Shown here piece after piece: positions 1 to 7,169 of a stretch of DNA of 12,105 nt. The position numbers were made by a program, and so were the translations under genes. Source of the DNA: a virus. Lineage: Duplodnaviria > Heunggongvirae > Uroviricota > Caudoviricetes. Under the pieces are notes generated by a model. It had not been told where the DNA came from, did no database searches, and saw only the letters and a list, made by a program, of their open reading frames with translations. The stretch is taken from positions 1-12,105 of IMG/VR virus record IMGVR_UViG_2609459833_000011, one strand, 5' to 3'. Position 1 is the stretch's first letter. Each line of letters begins with the position of its first letter.

Positions 1-375
1 TCGCCACGCATGACGGCGCAACTGGCCTGCGATGCCCTGCAGATGGCGCTGTGGCGGCGTAAGAGGCCCCGGAACGTTATCGTTCACACGGACCGTGGAG
101 GCCAGTACTGTTCAGCAGATTATCAGGCGCAACTGAAGCGGCATAATCTGCGTGGAAGTATGAGCGCAAAAGGTTGCTGCTACGATAATGCCTGCGTGGA
201 AAGCTTCTTTCATTCGCTGAAAGTGGAATGTATCCATGGAGAACACTTTATCAGCCGGGAAATAATGCGGGCAACGGTGTTTAATTATATCGAATGTGAT
301 TACAATCGGTGGCGGCGGCACAGTTGGTGTGGCGGCCTCAGTCCGGAACAATTTGAAAACAAGAACCTCGCTTAG
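1..375 (+). CDS. insF: IS3 transposase OrfB (InsF-like), 5'-partial, C-terminal about 124 codons
   Basis: Translation …[55 protein letters not shown]…[12 protein letters not shown] matches the IS3 InsF C-terminus from memory, including the DDE-region E in [11 protein letters not shown]. The frame is open from base 1, so the gene starts upstream of the window. Confidence 0.85.
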
Positions 376-405
376 GCCTGTGTCCATATTACGTGGGTAG
401 GATCA
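1..405 (+). mobile_element. IS3-family insertion sequence, 3' portion including right terminal inverted repeat; element continues left of the window
   Basis: Open frame from base 1 encodes the C-terminal end of an IS3 OrfB transposase. Bases about 367-405 (…aggcctgtgtccatattacgtgggtaggatca) are the reverse complement of the IS3 terminal repeat as I recall it (TGATCCTACCCACGTAATATGGACA…). Boundary at 405 placed from that recalled sequence. Confidence 0.85.
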
Positions 406-976
406 ATCCACCAATTTTTATGCTCTTGGCTGGTGCTTTCTCCATTTTTTTCATCGTTTCTTCGGATGGCTTATCTTGAAGCATTAACACAGATTCTTTT
501 TCATCTGTGAATGTATTAATTAGCCAATTCAAATGCGCCTCAAGCTCCCTTGCTCGAAGCGATGTGGATTGAACGATCATGACATGGTTGTTTAGTACAC
601 CAAAATATAAAATTGAATCTACAAACTCTCTTTTTTTGTCACTACGTTTATCTCCATCAATAATTATATCATTAGACGTGATGGAGTTAATGTCATAAAA
701 TTTAACATTATCACTAAGCTCTAATAGAGACTGGCTTTTGTCTTTTTCAAATAAAACCAGTTGCCCAAAAAGTATAGTTTTGTATGTGTCGCTTTTATTT
801 AAGAAACGATACCCCGAATTTTCATCTGAAGGTGTTATTTTTTCTTGTCTACTAAGTACTTTTTCTGCAACGCCGCCCTCACCTATAATACTAAGTAGTA
901 TGTTTTGTAATGATGATTTGCTGTGTGGGATTACTGCTTTTTTATAATGAACGACTTTTTGTCTGTTATCTTTCAT
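389..976 (-). CDS. Hypothetical protein (195 codons as read), AT-rich, in the rex-equivalent slot downstream of cI; 3' end fused to the IS3 terminal repeat, so probably truncated
   Basis: ATG at 976-974 and a long open frame. The last about 5 codons and the TAA stop (389-391) lie inside the IS3 inverted repeat (389-405), so the native C-terminus is missing. Markedly A/T-rich codon usage compared with cI. No family recognised by eye. Confidence 0.6.
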   Translation of the reverse strand: MKDNRQKVVHYKKAVIPHSKSSLQNILLSIIGEGGVAEKVLSRQEKITPSDENSGYRFLNKSDTYKTILFGQLVLFEKDKSQSLLELSDNVKFYDINSITSNDIIIDGDKRSDKKREFVDSILYFGVLNNHVMIVQSTSLRARELEAHLNWLINTFTDEKESVLMLQDKPSEETMKKMEKAPAKSIKIGGLILPT

Positions 977-1033
977 TGCTATAGTCCAACTAGTATTGAA
1001 TAAATAAACACAGTAAAGACATAAAAATTTCTT

Positions 1034-1063
1034 ATAGCTACCGATAACGTAATCGGTAGCTAT
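1034..1063 (-). terminator. Perfect 12-bp inverted repeat (ATAGCTACCGAT / ATCGGTAGCTAT, 6-nt loop) between cI and the downstream gene; candidate intrinsic terminator or protein-binding palindrome
   Basis: Arms at 1034-1045 and 1052-1063, loop aacgta. On the minus strand the hairpin is followed by AAGAAAUUUUUAU (reverse complement of 1021-1033). Lies 36 bp downstream of the cI stop. Confidence 0.35.
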
Positions 1064-1098
1064 TACAAATCAACCAAAGGTAATTCTTTACATACTAC

Positions 1099-1791
1099 CT
1101 ACCCATGCTTCCTGTAGGTCTGCGGCATGCTCCCAATAACTTTCCCGAAGATAAACACCCGGTTCATCTCGTCTTTCTCGATAGGGTCCCACGGTGAGTA
1201 GCTCTTGTTATCAGAGATAACCAGCAGTTTATCCTTCATCATTTGCAGGCGCTTTACATGGGCGGTGTCGTCGTACAGAAATGCATAGATACCATCACCG
1301 TCGAAAGATTTAACCGTGATATCAACGAACAGCAGATCACCTGGTTCGATCGTTCCTGACATGCTGTCACCACGCACGTTAATGATGCGGATATTTTCTG
1401 CCTTCCTGCCATCGAACATGTGACGAGCATCGTCAAACGAGTACTCAACCGAGCGTAGAACTTCTACAAACTCACGGTTGATGACTCCCGGCCCGGCACT
1501 GACTTCTATATCAAGAACGTCAATTTTGAAGTATTTGGAATGGCTGACAGCAGGCTTCCCTGATTGTTGACCGTCATTTCTCATCGGGCCTATGCCTGAT
1601 GAGAGCCATTCTGTTCGAACACCCAATGCATTAGCTATTTCAACAATTTTTGTTGAGCCGCGCGCGTTGCCGCTTGTCAGTCTCCAGATTGTGGGTTGAG
1701 CTACGCCAGACGCCTTTGCAAGAGCGCCTTGAGACATTCCAGATTGTTCCATCGCTAGGTTTAAGCGATCAGCAAGAGTTTCTTTTTTCAT
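1099..1791 (-). CDS. cI: CI-type prophage repressor: N-terminal HTH (XRE-like) plus C-terminal LexA/S24 peptidase-like autocleavage domain
   Basis: HTH segment MSQGALAKASGVAQPTIWRL. C-terminal domain has the S24 Ser motif (RGDSMSGTIEPGDLL) and a downstream Lys (AHVKRL). Start placed at ATG 1791-1789 (MKKETLADRL…); the ORF-track start at 1827 is a TTG 12 codons upstream and cannot be excluded. Confidence 0.85.
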   Translation of the reverse strand: MKKETLADRLNLAMEQSGMSQGALAKASGVAQPTIWRLTSGNARGSTKIVEIANALGVRTEWLSSGIGPMRNDGQQSGKPAVSHSKYFKIDVLDIEVSAGPGVINREFVEVLRSVEYSFDDARHMFDGRKAENIRIINVRGDSMSGTIEPGDLLFVDITVKSFDGDGIYAFLYDDTAHVKRLQMMKDKLLVISDNKSYSPWDPIEKDEMNRVFIFGKVIGSMPQTYRKHG

Positions 1792-1901
1792 AAGTTTTAA
1801 TTTATACGCTTGCGTATTGATGGTCAAAACACGTTTGGCTATTGCTTGGATTAATACGCATTGCTATTATTCATTCATTGCAATACCAATAGGAATTGAT
1901 A
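1792..1901. promoter_or_regulatory. Divergent cI/cro control region with candidate operator palindromes and a pR-like promoter
   Basis: 14-bp palindrome ATACGCttGCGTAT at 1804-1817; related half-site repeat ATACGCattGCtAT at 1854-1867. Candidate pR: -35 TTGCTT (1842-1847), 17-bp spacer, -10 TATTAT (1865-1870), overlapping the second operator-like site; cro SD AGGA at 1891-1894. Confidence 0.4.
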
Positions 1902-2129
1902 ATGACAAATCAAACCATTCAACTCGCAATCAGTATTACAGGTAGTCAAAAGCGACTGGCAGATCTATGCGGTGTAGCCCAGCCCACTGTTTGGCGTTGG
2001 CTACACGGTGGCGGAATTGATGCCCGCTATGTAATGAAAATTGTCTCAGCCACTGGTGGAAAGATTAAACCAGCAGATATTCGTCCCGACCTCGCACCAT
2101 TGTTTAACGCGAGTAATTCTGCCGCCTAA
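1902..2129 (+). CDS. cro: Cro-like small HTH repressor (Cro/CI family)
   Basis: 75-aa product with HTH (LADLCGVAQPTVWRWL), divergently oriented to cI across an operator region. ATG at 1902 with SD AGGA at spacing 7; the ORF-track start at 1896 is TTG. Confidence 0.8.
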   Translation: MTNQTIQLAISITGSQKRLADLCGVAQPTVWRWLHGGGIDARYVMKIVSATGGKIKPADIRPDLAPLFNASNSAA

Positions 2130-2153
2130 TCTGCGGCGTTAACTGATAAGGCA

Positions 2154-2699
2154 ATGACTATGCAACCACTTACATACCAACAGACTAGCGGATTTAGCCC
2201 GACTGCGGTGATAAATCGTTCTCAAACAAAACAAGCTCCAGGCCACGAAAAAATCCGTGATGCCGTCCGCGCCTGGTCGGCTGCAGATAATCAGGATGTT
2301 GTTGCCGCACTCATTGTGAATGAGTATCGGGAGCAGGGCGGCGGCACCATCGATTTCCCTGATGATGTCAGCCGTGCACGCCAGAAGCTGTTCCGCTTCC
2401 TCGATAACAAATTCGATTCTGAAAAATACCGAAATAACGTGCGTGAACTGACCCCGGCAATTCTGGCGGTACTACCGCTGGAATATCGCGGCCACCTGGT
2501 TGAGCAGGATAGCTTCATGGCTCGGCTGGCTGAAATGGAAAAGGAACTCAGTGAGGCAAAACAGGCTGTCATTCTCAACGCACCACGCCACCAGAAACTG
2601 AAGGAGATGAGTGAAGGCATTGTGTCGATGTTTCGTGTGGACCCGGATCTGGCTGGTCCACTGATGGCGATGGTCACCACCATGCTGGGGGCAATATGA
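2154..2699 (+). CDS. Hypothetical early protein in the cII position (181 aa); possible CII-like/YdaT-like regulator, family not verified
   Basis: Long ORF directly after cro on the same strand, stop overlapping the upstream ATG of the O frame. Far larger than lambda CII; assignment is by position only. Start could alternatively be ATG 2160. Confidence 0.65.
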   Translation: MTMQPLTYQQTSGFSPTAVINRSQTKQAPGHEKIRDAVRAWSAADNQDVVAALIVNEYREQGGGTIDFPDDVSRARQKLFRFLDNKFDSEKYRNNVRELTPAILAVLPLEYRGHLVEQDSFMARLAEMEKELSEAKQAVILNAPRHQKLKEMSEGIVSMFRVDPDLAGPLMAMVTTMLGAI

Positions 2700-2785
2700 C
2701 AGGTTCGGAAATGGCGAAAGCCGGTCTGCGCGAACAGAACCGACTTTCAGGTGCAAATCGTAACACACTCATTGCGGGAGGAATT

Positions 2786-3715
2786 ATGGCAAACACTGCT
2801 GAGATATTCAATTTTCCAGTGCCGGATGCGGCACAAAAGGAGCCGCGCGTGGCAGATCTCGATGATGGTTATACGCGCATTGCAAATGAGTTGCTGGAAG
2901 CTGTGATGCTGGCCGGATTAACACAGCACCAGCTTCTGGTCTTTCTGGCTGTCATGCGCAAAACATATGGCTTTAATAAAAAACTGGATTGGGTTAGCAA
3001 CGAGCAACTTTCCGAATTAACCGGGATATTGCCGCACAAGTGTTCTGCTGCAAAAAGTGTTCTGGTAAAGCGTGGGATTCTTATTCAGAGCGGGCGGAAT
3101 ATCGGCATCAATAATGTGGTCAGTGAATGGTCAACATTACCCGAATCAGGTAAGAAAAATAAAGTTTACCTGAAAGAGGTAAATTTACCTGAATCAGGTA
3201 AGAAAAGTTTACCCAAATCAGGTAAAGGCACTTACCCGAATCAGGTAAACACAAAAGACAAACTAACAAAAGACAATATAAAACCTTTTTCGTCCGAGAA
3301 TTCTGACGAATCCTCTGACCAGCCAGAAAATGCCCTTCCTGTGGTGAAACCGGATGCTGCGATTCAGAGCGGCAGCAAGTGGGGGACAGCAGAAGACCTG
3401 ACTGCCGCAGAGTGGATGTTTGACATGGTGAAGACCATCGCGCCATCAGCCAGAAAACCGAATTTTGCAGGGTGGGCTAACGATATCCGCCTGATGCGTG
3501 AACGTGACGGACGTAACCACCGCGACATGTGCGTGCTGTTCCGCTGGGCCTGCCAGGACAACTTCTGGTCCGGTAACGTGCTGAGTCCGGCCAAACTACG
3601 CGACAAGTGGACCCAGCTCGAAATCAACCGTAACAAGCAACAGGCTGGCGTGACAGCCGGAAAACCAAAACTCGACCTGACGAACACTGACTGGATTTAC
3701 GGGGTGGAGTTATGA
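2786..3715 (+). CDS. O: Replication initiator protein O (lambda O family)
   Basis: MANTAEIFNF…VADLDDGYTRIANELLEA…LLVFLAVMRKTYGFNK…SNEQLSELTG… parallels lambda O from memory. ATG 2786 has a strong SD GGGAGG (2776-2781) and aligns with the lambda O N-terminus. Iterons lie inside the gene; stop overlaps the P start (ATGA). Confidence 0.9.
   Translation: MANTAEIFNFPVPDAAQKEPRVADLDDGYTRIANELLEAVMLAGLTQHQLLVFLAVMRKTYGFNKKLDWVSNEQLSELTGILPHKCSAAKSVLVKRGILIQSGRNIGINNVVSEWSTLPESGKKNKVYLKEVNLPESGKKSLPKSGKGTYPNQVNTKDKLTKDNIKPFSSENSDESSDQPENALPVVKPDAAIQSGSKWGTAEDLTAAEWMFDMVKTIAPSARKPNFAGWANDIRLMRERDGRNHRDMCVLFRWACQDNFWSGNVLSPAKLRDKWTQLEINRNKQQAGVTAGKPKLDLTNTDWIYGVEL
3137..3251 (+). repeat. Origin-of-replication iterons inside O: four clear and one degenerate copy of about TTACCyrAATCAGGTAA at roughly 24-bp spacing, followed by an A-rich tract
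   Basis: Copies at about 3137-3154, 3165-3183 (degenerate), 3185-3203, 3209-3228 and 3232-3251, each with internal dyad symmetry (CTGAatCAGG). Followed by acacaaaagacaaactaacaaaagacaatataaaacc (to about 3292). Same architecture as lambda ori inside O. Confidence 0.75.
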
Positions 3716-4422
3716 AAAACATCGCCGCACAGATGGTTAATTTTGACCGTGAGCAGATGCGCCGGATCGCCAATAACATGCCGGAACAGTACGACGAAAA
3801 GCCGCAGGTACAGCAGGTAGCGCAGATTATCAATGGTGTGTTCAGCCAGTTACTGGCAACTTTCCCGGCGAGCCTGGCTAACCGGGACCAGAATGAACTG
3901 AACGAAATCCGCCGCCAGTGGGTTCTGGCTTTCCGGGAAAATGGGATCACCACGATGGAACAGGTTAACGCTGGAATGCGCGTAGCCCGTCGGCAGAATC
4001 GACCATTCCTGCCATCACCCGGGCAGTTTGTCGCCTGGTGCCGGGAAGAAGCATCCGTTAACGTCGGGCTGCCAAACGTCAGCGAGCTGGTTGATATGGT
4101 CTATGAGTATTGTCGGAAGCGTGGCCTGTATCCAGATGCAGAGTCTTATCCATGGAAATCAAACGCGCACTACTGGCTGGTTACCAACCTGTACCAGAAC
4201 ATGCGGGCCAATGCGTTGACTGACGCGGAATTACGGCGCATGGCTGCCGATGAACTGTCCTGTATGACCGCGCGAATTAACCGTGGTGAAGCGATCCCTG
4301 AACCGGTGAAACAACTTCCTGTCATGGGCGGCAGGCCGCTTAATCGTGTTCAGAGCTTGGAAAAAATTAAACAATTGCGTGCTAAACATGGATTATGTAG
4401 AGGGAAAAGGTTTAGTGGATGA
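3712..4422 (+). CDS. P: Replication protein P (DnaB helicase loader, lambda P family)
   Basis: MKNIAAQMVNFDREQMRRIANNMPEQYDEKPQVQQVAQIINGVFSQLLATFPASLANRDQNE… is near-identical to lambda P as I recall it over most of its length. The last about 20 codons differ and are AT-rich. Confidence 0.95.
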   Translation: MKNIAAQMVNFDREQMRRIANNMPEQYDEKPQVQQVAQIINGVFSQLLATFPASLANRDQNELNEIRRQWVLAFRENGITTMEQVNAGMRVARRQNRPFLPSPGQFVAWCREEASVNVGLPNVSELVDMVYEYCRKRGLYPDAESYPWKSNAHYWLVTNLYQNMRANALTDAELRRMAADELSCMTARINRGEAIPEPVKQLPVMGGRPLNRVQSLEKIKQLRAKHGLCRGKRFSG

Positions 4423-4454
4423 AAGTAATGAGGTGATTTCCTTCTCTCCCACAC

Positions 4455-4545
4455 TTCAAAAGATAGAGTTTATTATTTGAATTTACTATAATTTACTGAT
4501 AAAACAAAAGAATTGTAGAGCAATTTTCATTTGAGGATGAAGTAA
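4455..4545 (+). promoter_or_regulatory. Candidate promoter and RBS region for the cargo operon
   Basis: AT-rich leader with TATAAT at 4487-4492 (no convincing -35 at 17-bp spacing) and SD GAGGA at 4533-4537, 8 nt before ATG 4546. Sequence-only call. Confidence 0.25.
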
Positions 4546-6192
4546 ATGTGTGAAACCTATATTTTTAGGTTCCGTGACCTAGGAAAAAGTGAAGGATTTA
4601 CCATCGAGCAACACAATAACATTGCTCGCCAAGAAGGGAATGTTTGGTGGGGGTGGTGGGCTAAATCTGGTGAGCGTTTCCCATCACTGGAACTAAAAAA
4701 TGCGGCAGAAAAAAATAAACAAATATATTTTTTTGATTCAGGGCGGCTTAAATTTTATACCGCTGTATTAAAGGATACTTGCTCGTCAGCTTTAGGGGAT
4801 ATAAAAAAGCAATCTCCTAAGGATGGTTGCAGAACCCCAGCATATTATAATGAGAATGAGTTGCTGGGATGGTTAAATGTTTCTGAGATTATAGAAATTG
4901 ATGCTTGTGATATCCTCAAAAAATTCACATATATTCCATTGGATGCATTGTTTGCAGGTAATAAAGATTTAGATGAGCAACTTTTCAACAAAATTGTCTT
5001 TTCTTCAGCTGAATTAAAAAAACAAGATAGAACTATTTGGAAGATTAGACCTGCAAATGATAAAGATTTACAGCATGAGTCATTAGCATCTCATTATGTT
5101 CCTTATAATTTCAGTCGGAAGTATAGCCAAAAAAAAGGGGAGTTTATAATTTGGCTTTCGGATATTCATTTTGATGGCGGAAATGGGAAACATGCATTTC
5201 CGACACAAGATAATGATCAGCTAAAATGTTTATCCTCTCGAGTGGTGGAGTTGGCTGGAAAATATAATAATGGGAGTAAATGTGCTGGGTTGGCTATTTC
5301 AGGTGATTTGACGTGGCAGTCACAGAAAGAGGGATTCGAGCAAGCTTTGAATTTTATCAAAGATGTTAGTTCTTCTCTTAGTCTGACAACGGATGATATA
5401 ATTATTTGTCCTGGGAATCACGATGTAGGTCTGGTTTCTAAAGATGAGTACTTTAAAATCGTTGGTAAGCCTGTAACGGATAAACCATGGAAAATTCTGG
5501 CGGAAAACTACCATAGCGAAAGTAAACTTAATTATATAAAATTTTATCGAGATTTTTTTCAAAGGGAACCTGAAGAAAATTTATCACAAGGAAGGAAATT
5601 TTTACTAGGTGGCCATAAAGTTGTTGAAATAGCCGCATTGAACTCATGCGTATTACAACAAGTAAAAGATTCATTTTTGGGCATGGGATTTGTCGGTGAG
5701 CAACAACTCAGTGATGTTGCAAAATCTATGGGATGGATGAATGATAGCGGAGGAGATATACTCAAAAAGAAAGGTGTTATAAGAATTGCTATGCTTCACC
5801 ATCACCTAACTTCTATTAATGAAGTTGAAGATGCCTATCTTGATTCAAGATATAGTGTAACATTAGATGCAGAGCGATTATTACGTTGGGTAGTAAGGCA
5901 TAAAGTTGATTATATTCTGCATGGTCATATGCACAGAAGTAGTTTTATTACAATAACAAAAAAACTATCTCCGTTAGAACCAGTGACGGATTCAAATCCT
6001 GAACATACATTCCAAATTGTTTCTTTGGGAAGTTCAGGAGTTGTTAGTTCGGAATTGCCAAGTCAGGATTGTGCTAACTATGCATGCGTACTGGATTTTT
6101 CTGGCGAAAAGCTAACTTTTAATTTTTTCAAGCTTGATAAACAGAGCGGAGAAAAAGTGGCGGCTACTTATATTGTTGAAGGTTTATTATGA
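4546..6192 (+). CDS. Calcineurin-like metallophosphoesterase (548 aa) with an unassigned N-terminal domain of about 200 aa
   Basis: Complete metallophosphoesterase motif set in order: DxH (WLSDIHFDGGN), GD (LAISGDLT), GNHD (ICPGNHDVG), H (AMLHHH), GHxH (ILHGHMH). N-terminal third has no recognisable motifs except a Trp cluster (GNVWWGWW). Strongly AT-rich codon usage. Confidence 0.85.
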   Translation: MCETYIFRFRDLGKSEGFTIEQHNNIARQEGNVWWGWWAKSGERFPSLELKNAAEKNKQIYFFDSGRLKFYTAVLKDTCSSALGDIKKQSPKDGCRTPAYYNENELLGWLNVSEIIEIDACDILKKFTYIPLDALFAGNKDLDEQLFNKIVFSSAELKKQDRTIWKIRPANDKDLQHESLASHYVPYNFSRKYSQKKGEFIIWLSDIHFDGGNGKHAFPTQDNDQLKCLSSRVVELAGKYNNGSKCAGLAISGDLTWQSQKEGFEQALNFIKDVSSSLSLTTDDIIICPGNHDVGLVSKDEYFKIVGKPVTDKPWKILAENYHSESKLNYIKFYRDFFQREPEENLSQGRKFLLGGHKVVEIAALNSCVLQQVKDSFLGMGFVGEQQLSDVAKSMGWMNDSGGDILKKKGVIRIAMLHHHLTSINEVEDAYLDSRYSVTLDAERLLRWVVRHKVDYILHGHMHRSSFITITKKLSPLEPVTDSNPEHTFQIVSLGSSGVVSSELPSQDCANYACVLDFSGEKLTFNFFKLDKQSGEKVAATYIVEGLL

Positions 6193-7025
6193 AATTACTT
6201 ATTACTGATTTGGATAATACACTGTACGATTGGGTGAGTTTTTACTCCCAGTCATTTAGTGCCATGGCAGAGCAATTATCTAAGGATATTGATGTGCCTT
6301 TGGATACGCTCCTGTCAGAATATAAAACAATTCATCAGAAGTTTGGTAACTCAGAAAAACCATTTGCTACTTTAGAGCTACCATCTGTGATATCTTACTT
6401 TGGAACTAATGATAAAACGATTTTGCAGGAAAAACTTACTAATGTTTTTCAGGCGTTTAGCACAAAACGTAACCAGACATTAATGTTGTATCCTACTGTA
6501 AAAGAAACGCTGGAATTATTGAAGAAACGGGGGGTAAAAATTGTAGGGCATACTGAAGCTTTGGAGTTTAATTCTTTATATCGTCTGAATAAGCTTGGTA
6601 TAATTGATTTTTTTGATCATCTTTATACATTAGAAGATATTCATAATATCCACCCGAATCCCAAAAATGCAAAAAAAATACCTGTGAAGGATGACTTTGT
6701 AATTAGATTGTCCTGCGCTGAGTCAAAGCCAAACCCTAAATTGCTTGAGCACATATGTTCTTTTGAAGGAGTTAGTGTTGAAGATGCGGTATACATTGGC
6801 GATTCTATAACTAAAGATATGTCCATGGCTAAAGCTGTGGGGGTTACTGCTGTTTGGGCTAATTATGGGCGACAGTTTTCACCTGAATTGTGGAAAGTTT
6901 TAGTGAAAATCACACACTGGAAAGATGCAGATGTGGAGAGGGAGGAACAACTTAGAAAAGCATTCTCCAATGTTAGACCTGATTATGTTGTTAATAGTTT
7001 TTCAGAGCTGCTGAATTTGAAATGA
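6189..7025 (+). CDS. HAD-superfamily hydrolase (phosphatase-like), 278 aa
   Basis: HAD motif I at the N-terminus (LITDLDNTLYD), a candidate motif II Thr (VGHTEA), motif III Lys (ESKPNPK) and motif IV GDxxxD (YIGDSITKD). Cap-like insert between motifs I and II. ATG overlaps the upstream stop (ATGA at 6189-6192). Confidence 0.85.
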   Translation: MKLLITDLDNTLYDWVSFYSQSFSAMAEQLSKDIDVPLDTLLSEYKTIHQKFGNSEKPFATLELPSVISYFGTNDKTILQEKLTNVFQAFSTKRNQTLMLYPTVKETLELLKKRGVKIVGHTEALEFNSLYRLNKLGIIDFFDHLYTLEDIHNIHPNPKNAKKIPVKDDFVIRLSCAESKPNPKLLEHICSFEGVSVEDAVYIGDSITKDMSMAKAVGVTAVWANYGRQFSPELWKVLVKITHWKDADVEREEQLRKAFSNVRPDYVVNSFSELLNLK

Positions 7026-7169
7026 GCATGTGCAGGCTCCAAATTTTTAATGATTTGGAGTTCTTTATGGGGTTATTTTTTAATTTGGTGATTTTTCCCA
7101 ATATTGAGATGTTGTTGAACTCGTGAGTTATATTTAACGTATTTGATGTTAATGAAATAATAATATCAC

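Noticed and set aside
112-387. 91-codon ORF on the minus strand inside the IS3 transposase region
   Set aside because: Lies antisense within the well-supported IS3 OrfB reading frame; no RBS and no recognisable product. Shadow ORF.
738-947. 69-codon plus-strand ORF inside the 389-976 gene
   Set aside because: Antisense to a longer ORF; low-complexity product typical of an AT-rich shadow frame.
1254-1448. 64-codon ORF inside cI (same strand, alternate frame)
   Set aside because: Fully nested in the repressor gene; Cys/Thr-rich junk-like translation.
1792-1827. TTG start at 1827 extending cI by 12 codons (and TTG 1896 for cro, TTG 9092 for Q)
   Set aside because: ATG starts at 1791, 1902 and 9107 are preferred: the latter two have properly spaced SD sequences, and the 1791 start leaves a standard-size operator region. 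The TTG alternatives cannot be fully excluded without N-terminal data.
2291-2768. Two antisense ORFs (2291-2683 and 2472-2768) within the cII-position gene
   Set aside because: Antisense to a longer coding frame; Ser/Arg-rich products typical of GC-rich shadow frames.
2696-2785. N-terminal extension of O beginning at ATG 2696
   Set aside because: ATG 2786 has a strong SD (GGGAGG) and its product aligns with the lambda O N-terminus (MTNTAKILNF vs MANTAEIFNF); the extension is probably untranslated or only read through by coupling.
3137-3251. Possibility that the direct repeats are a CRISPR array
   Set aside because: Repeats are short, dyad-symmetric, inside the O reading frame, lack uniform unique spacers, and are followed by an A-rich tract; this is an iteron origin.
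3120-4219. Antisense and alternate-frame ORFs inside O and P (3120-3446, 3364-3687, 3624-3953, 4028-4219)
   Set aside because: All overlap the confidently assigned O and P genes; no independent signals.
5320-5765. Two antisense ORFs inside the metallophosphoesterase gene (5320-5562, 5559-5765)
   Set aside because: Antisense within a gene supported by an ordered catalytic motif set.
4546-6192. Identification of the metallophosphoesterase as lambda NinI-type Ser/Thr phosphatase
   Set aside because: NinI is about 221 aa and sits between the nin genes and Q. This protein is 548 aa with an extra N-terminal domain, lies upstream of the nin block in AT-rich cargo, and is coupled to a HAD gene. Shared fold, different gene.
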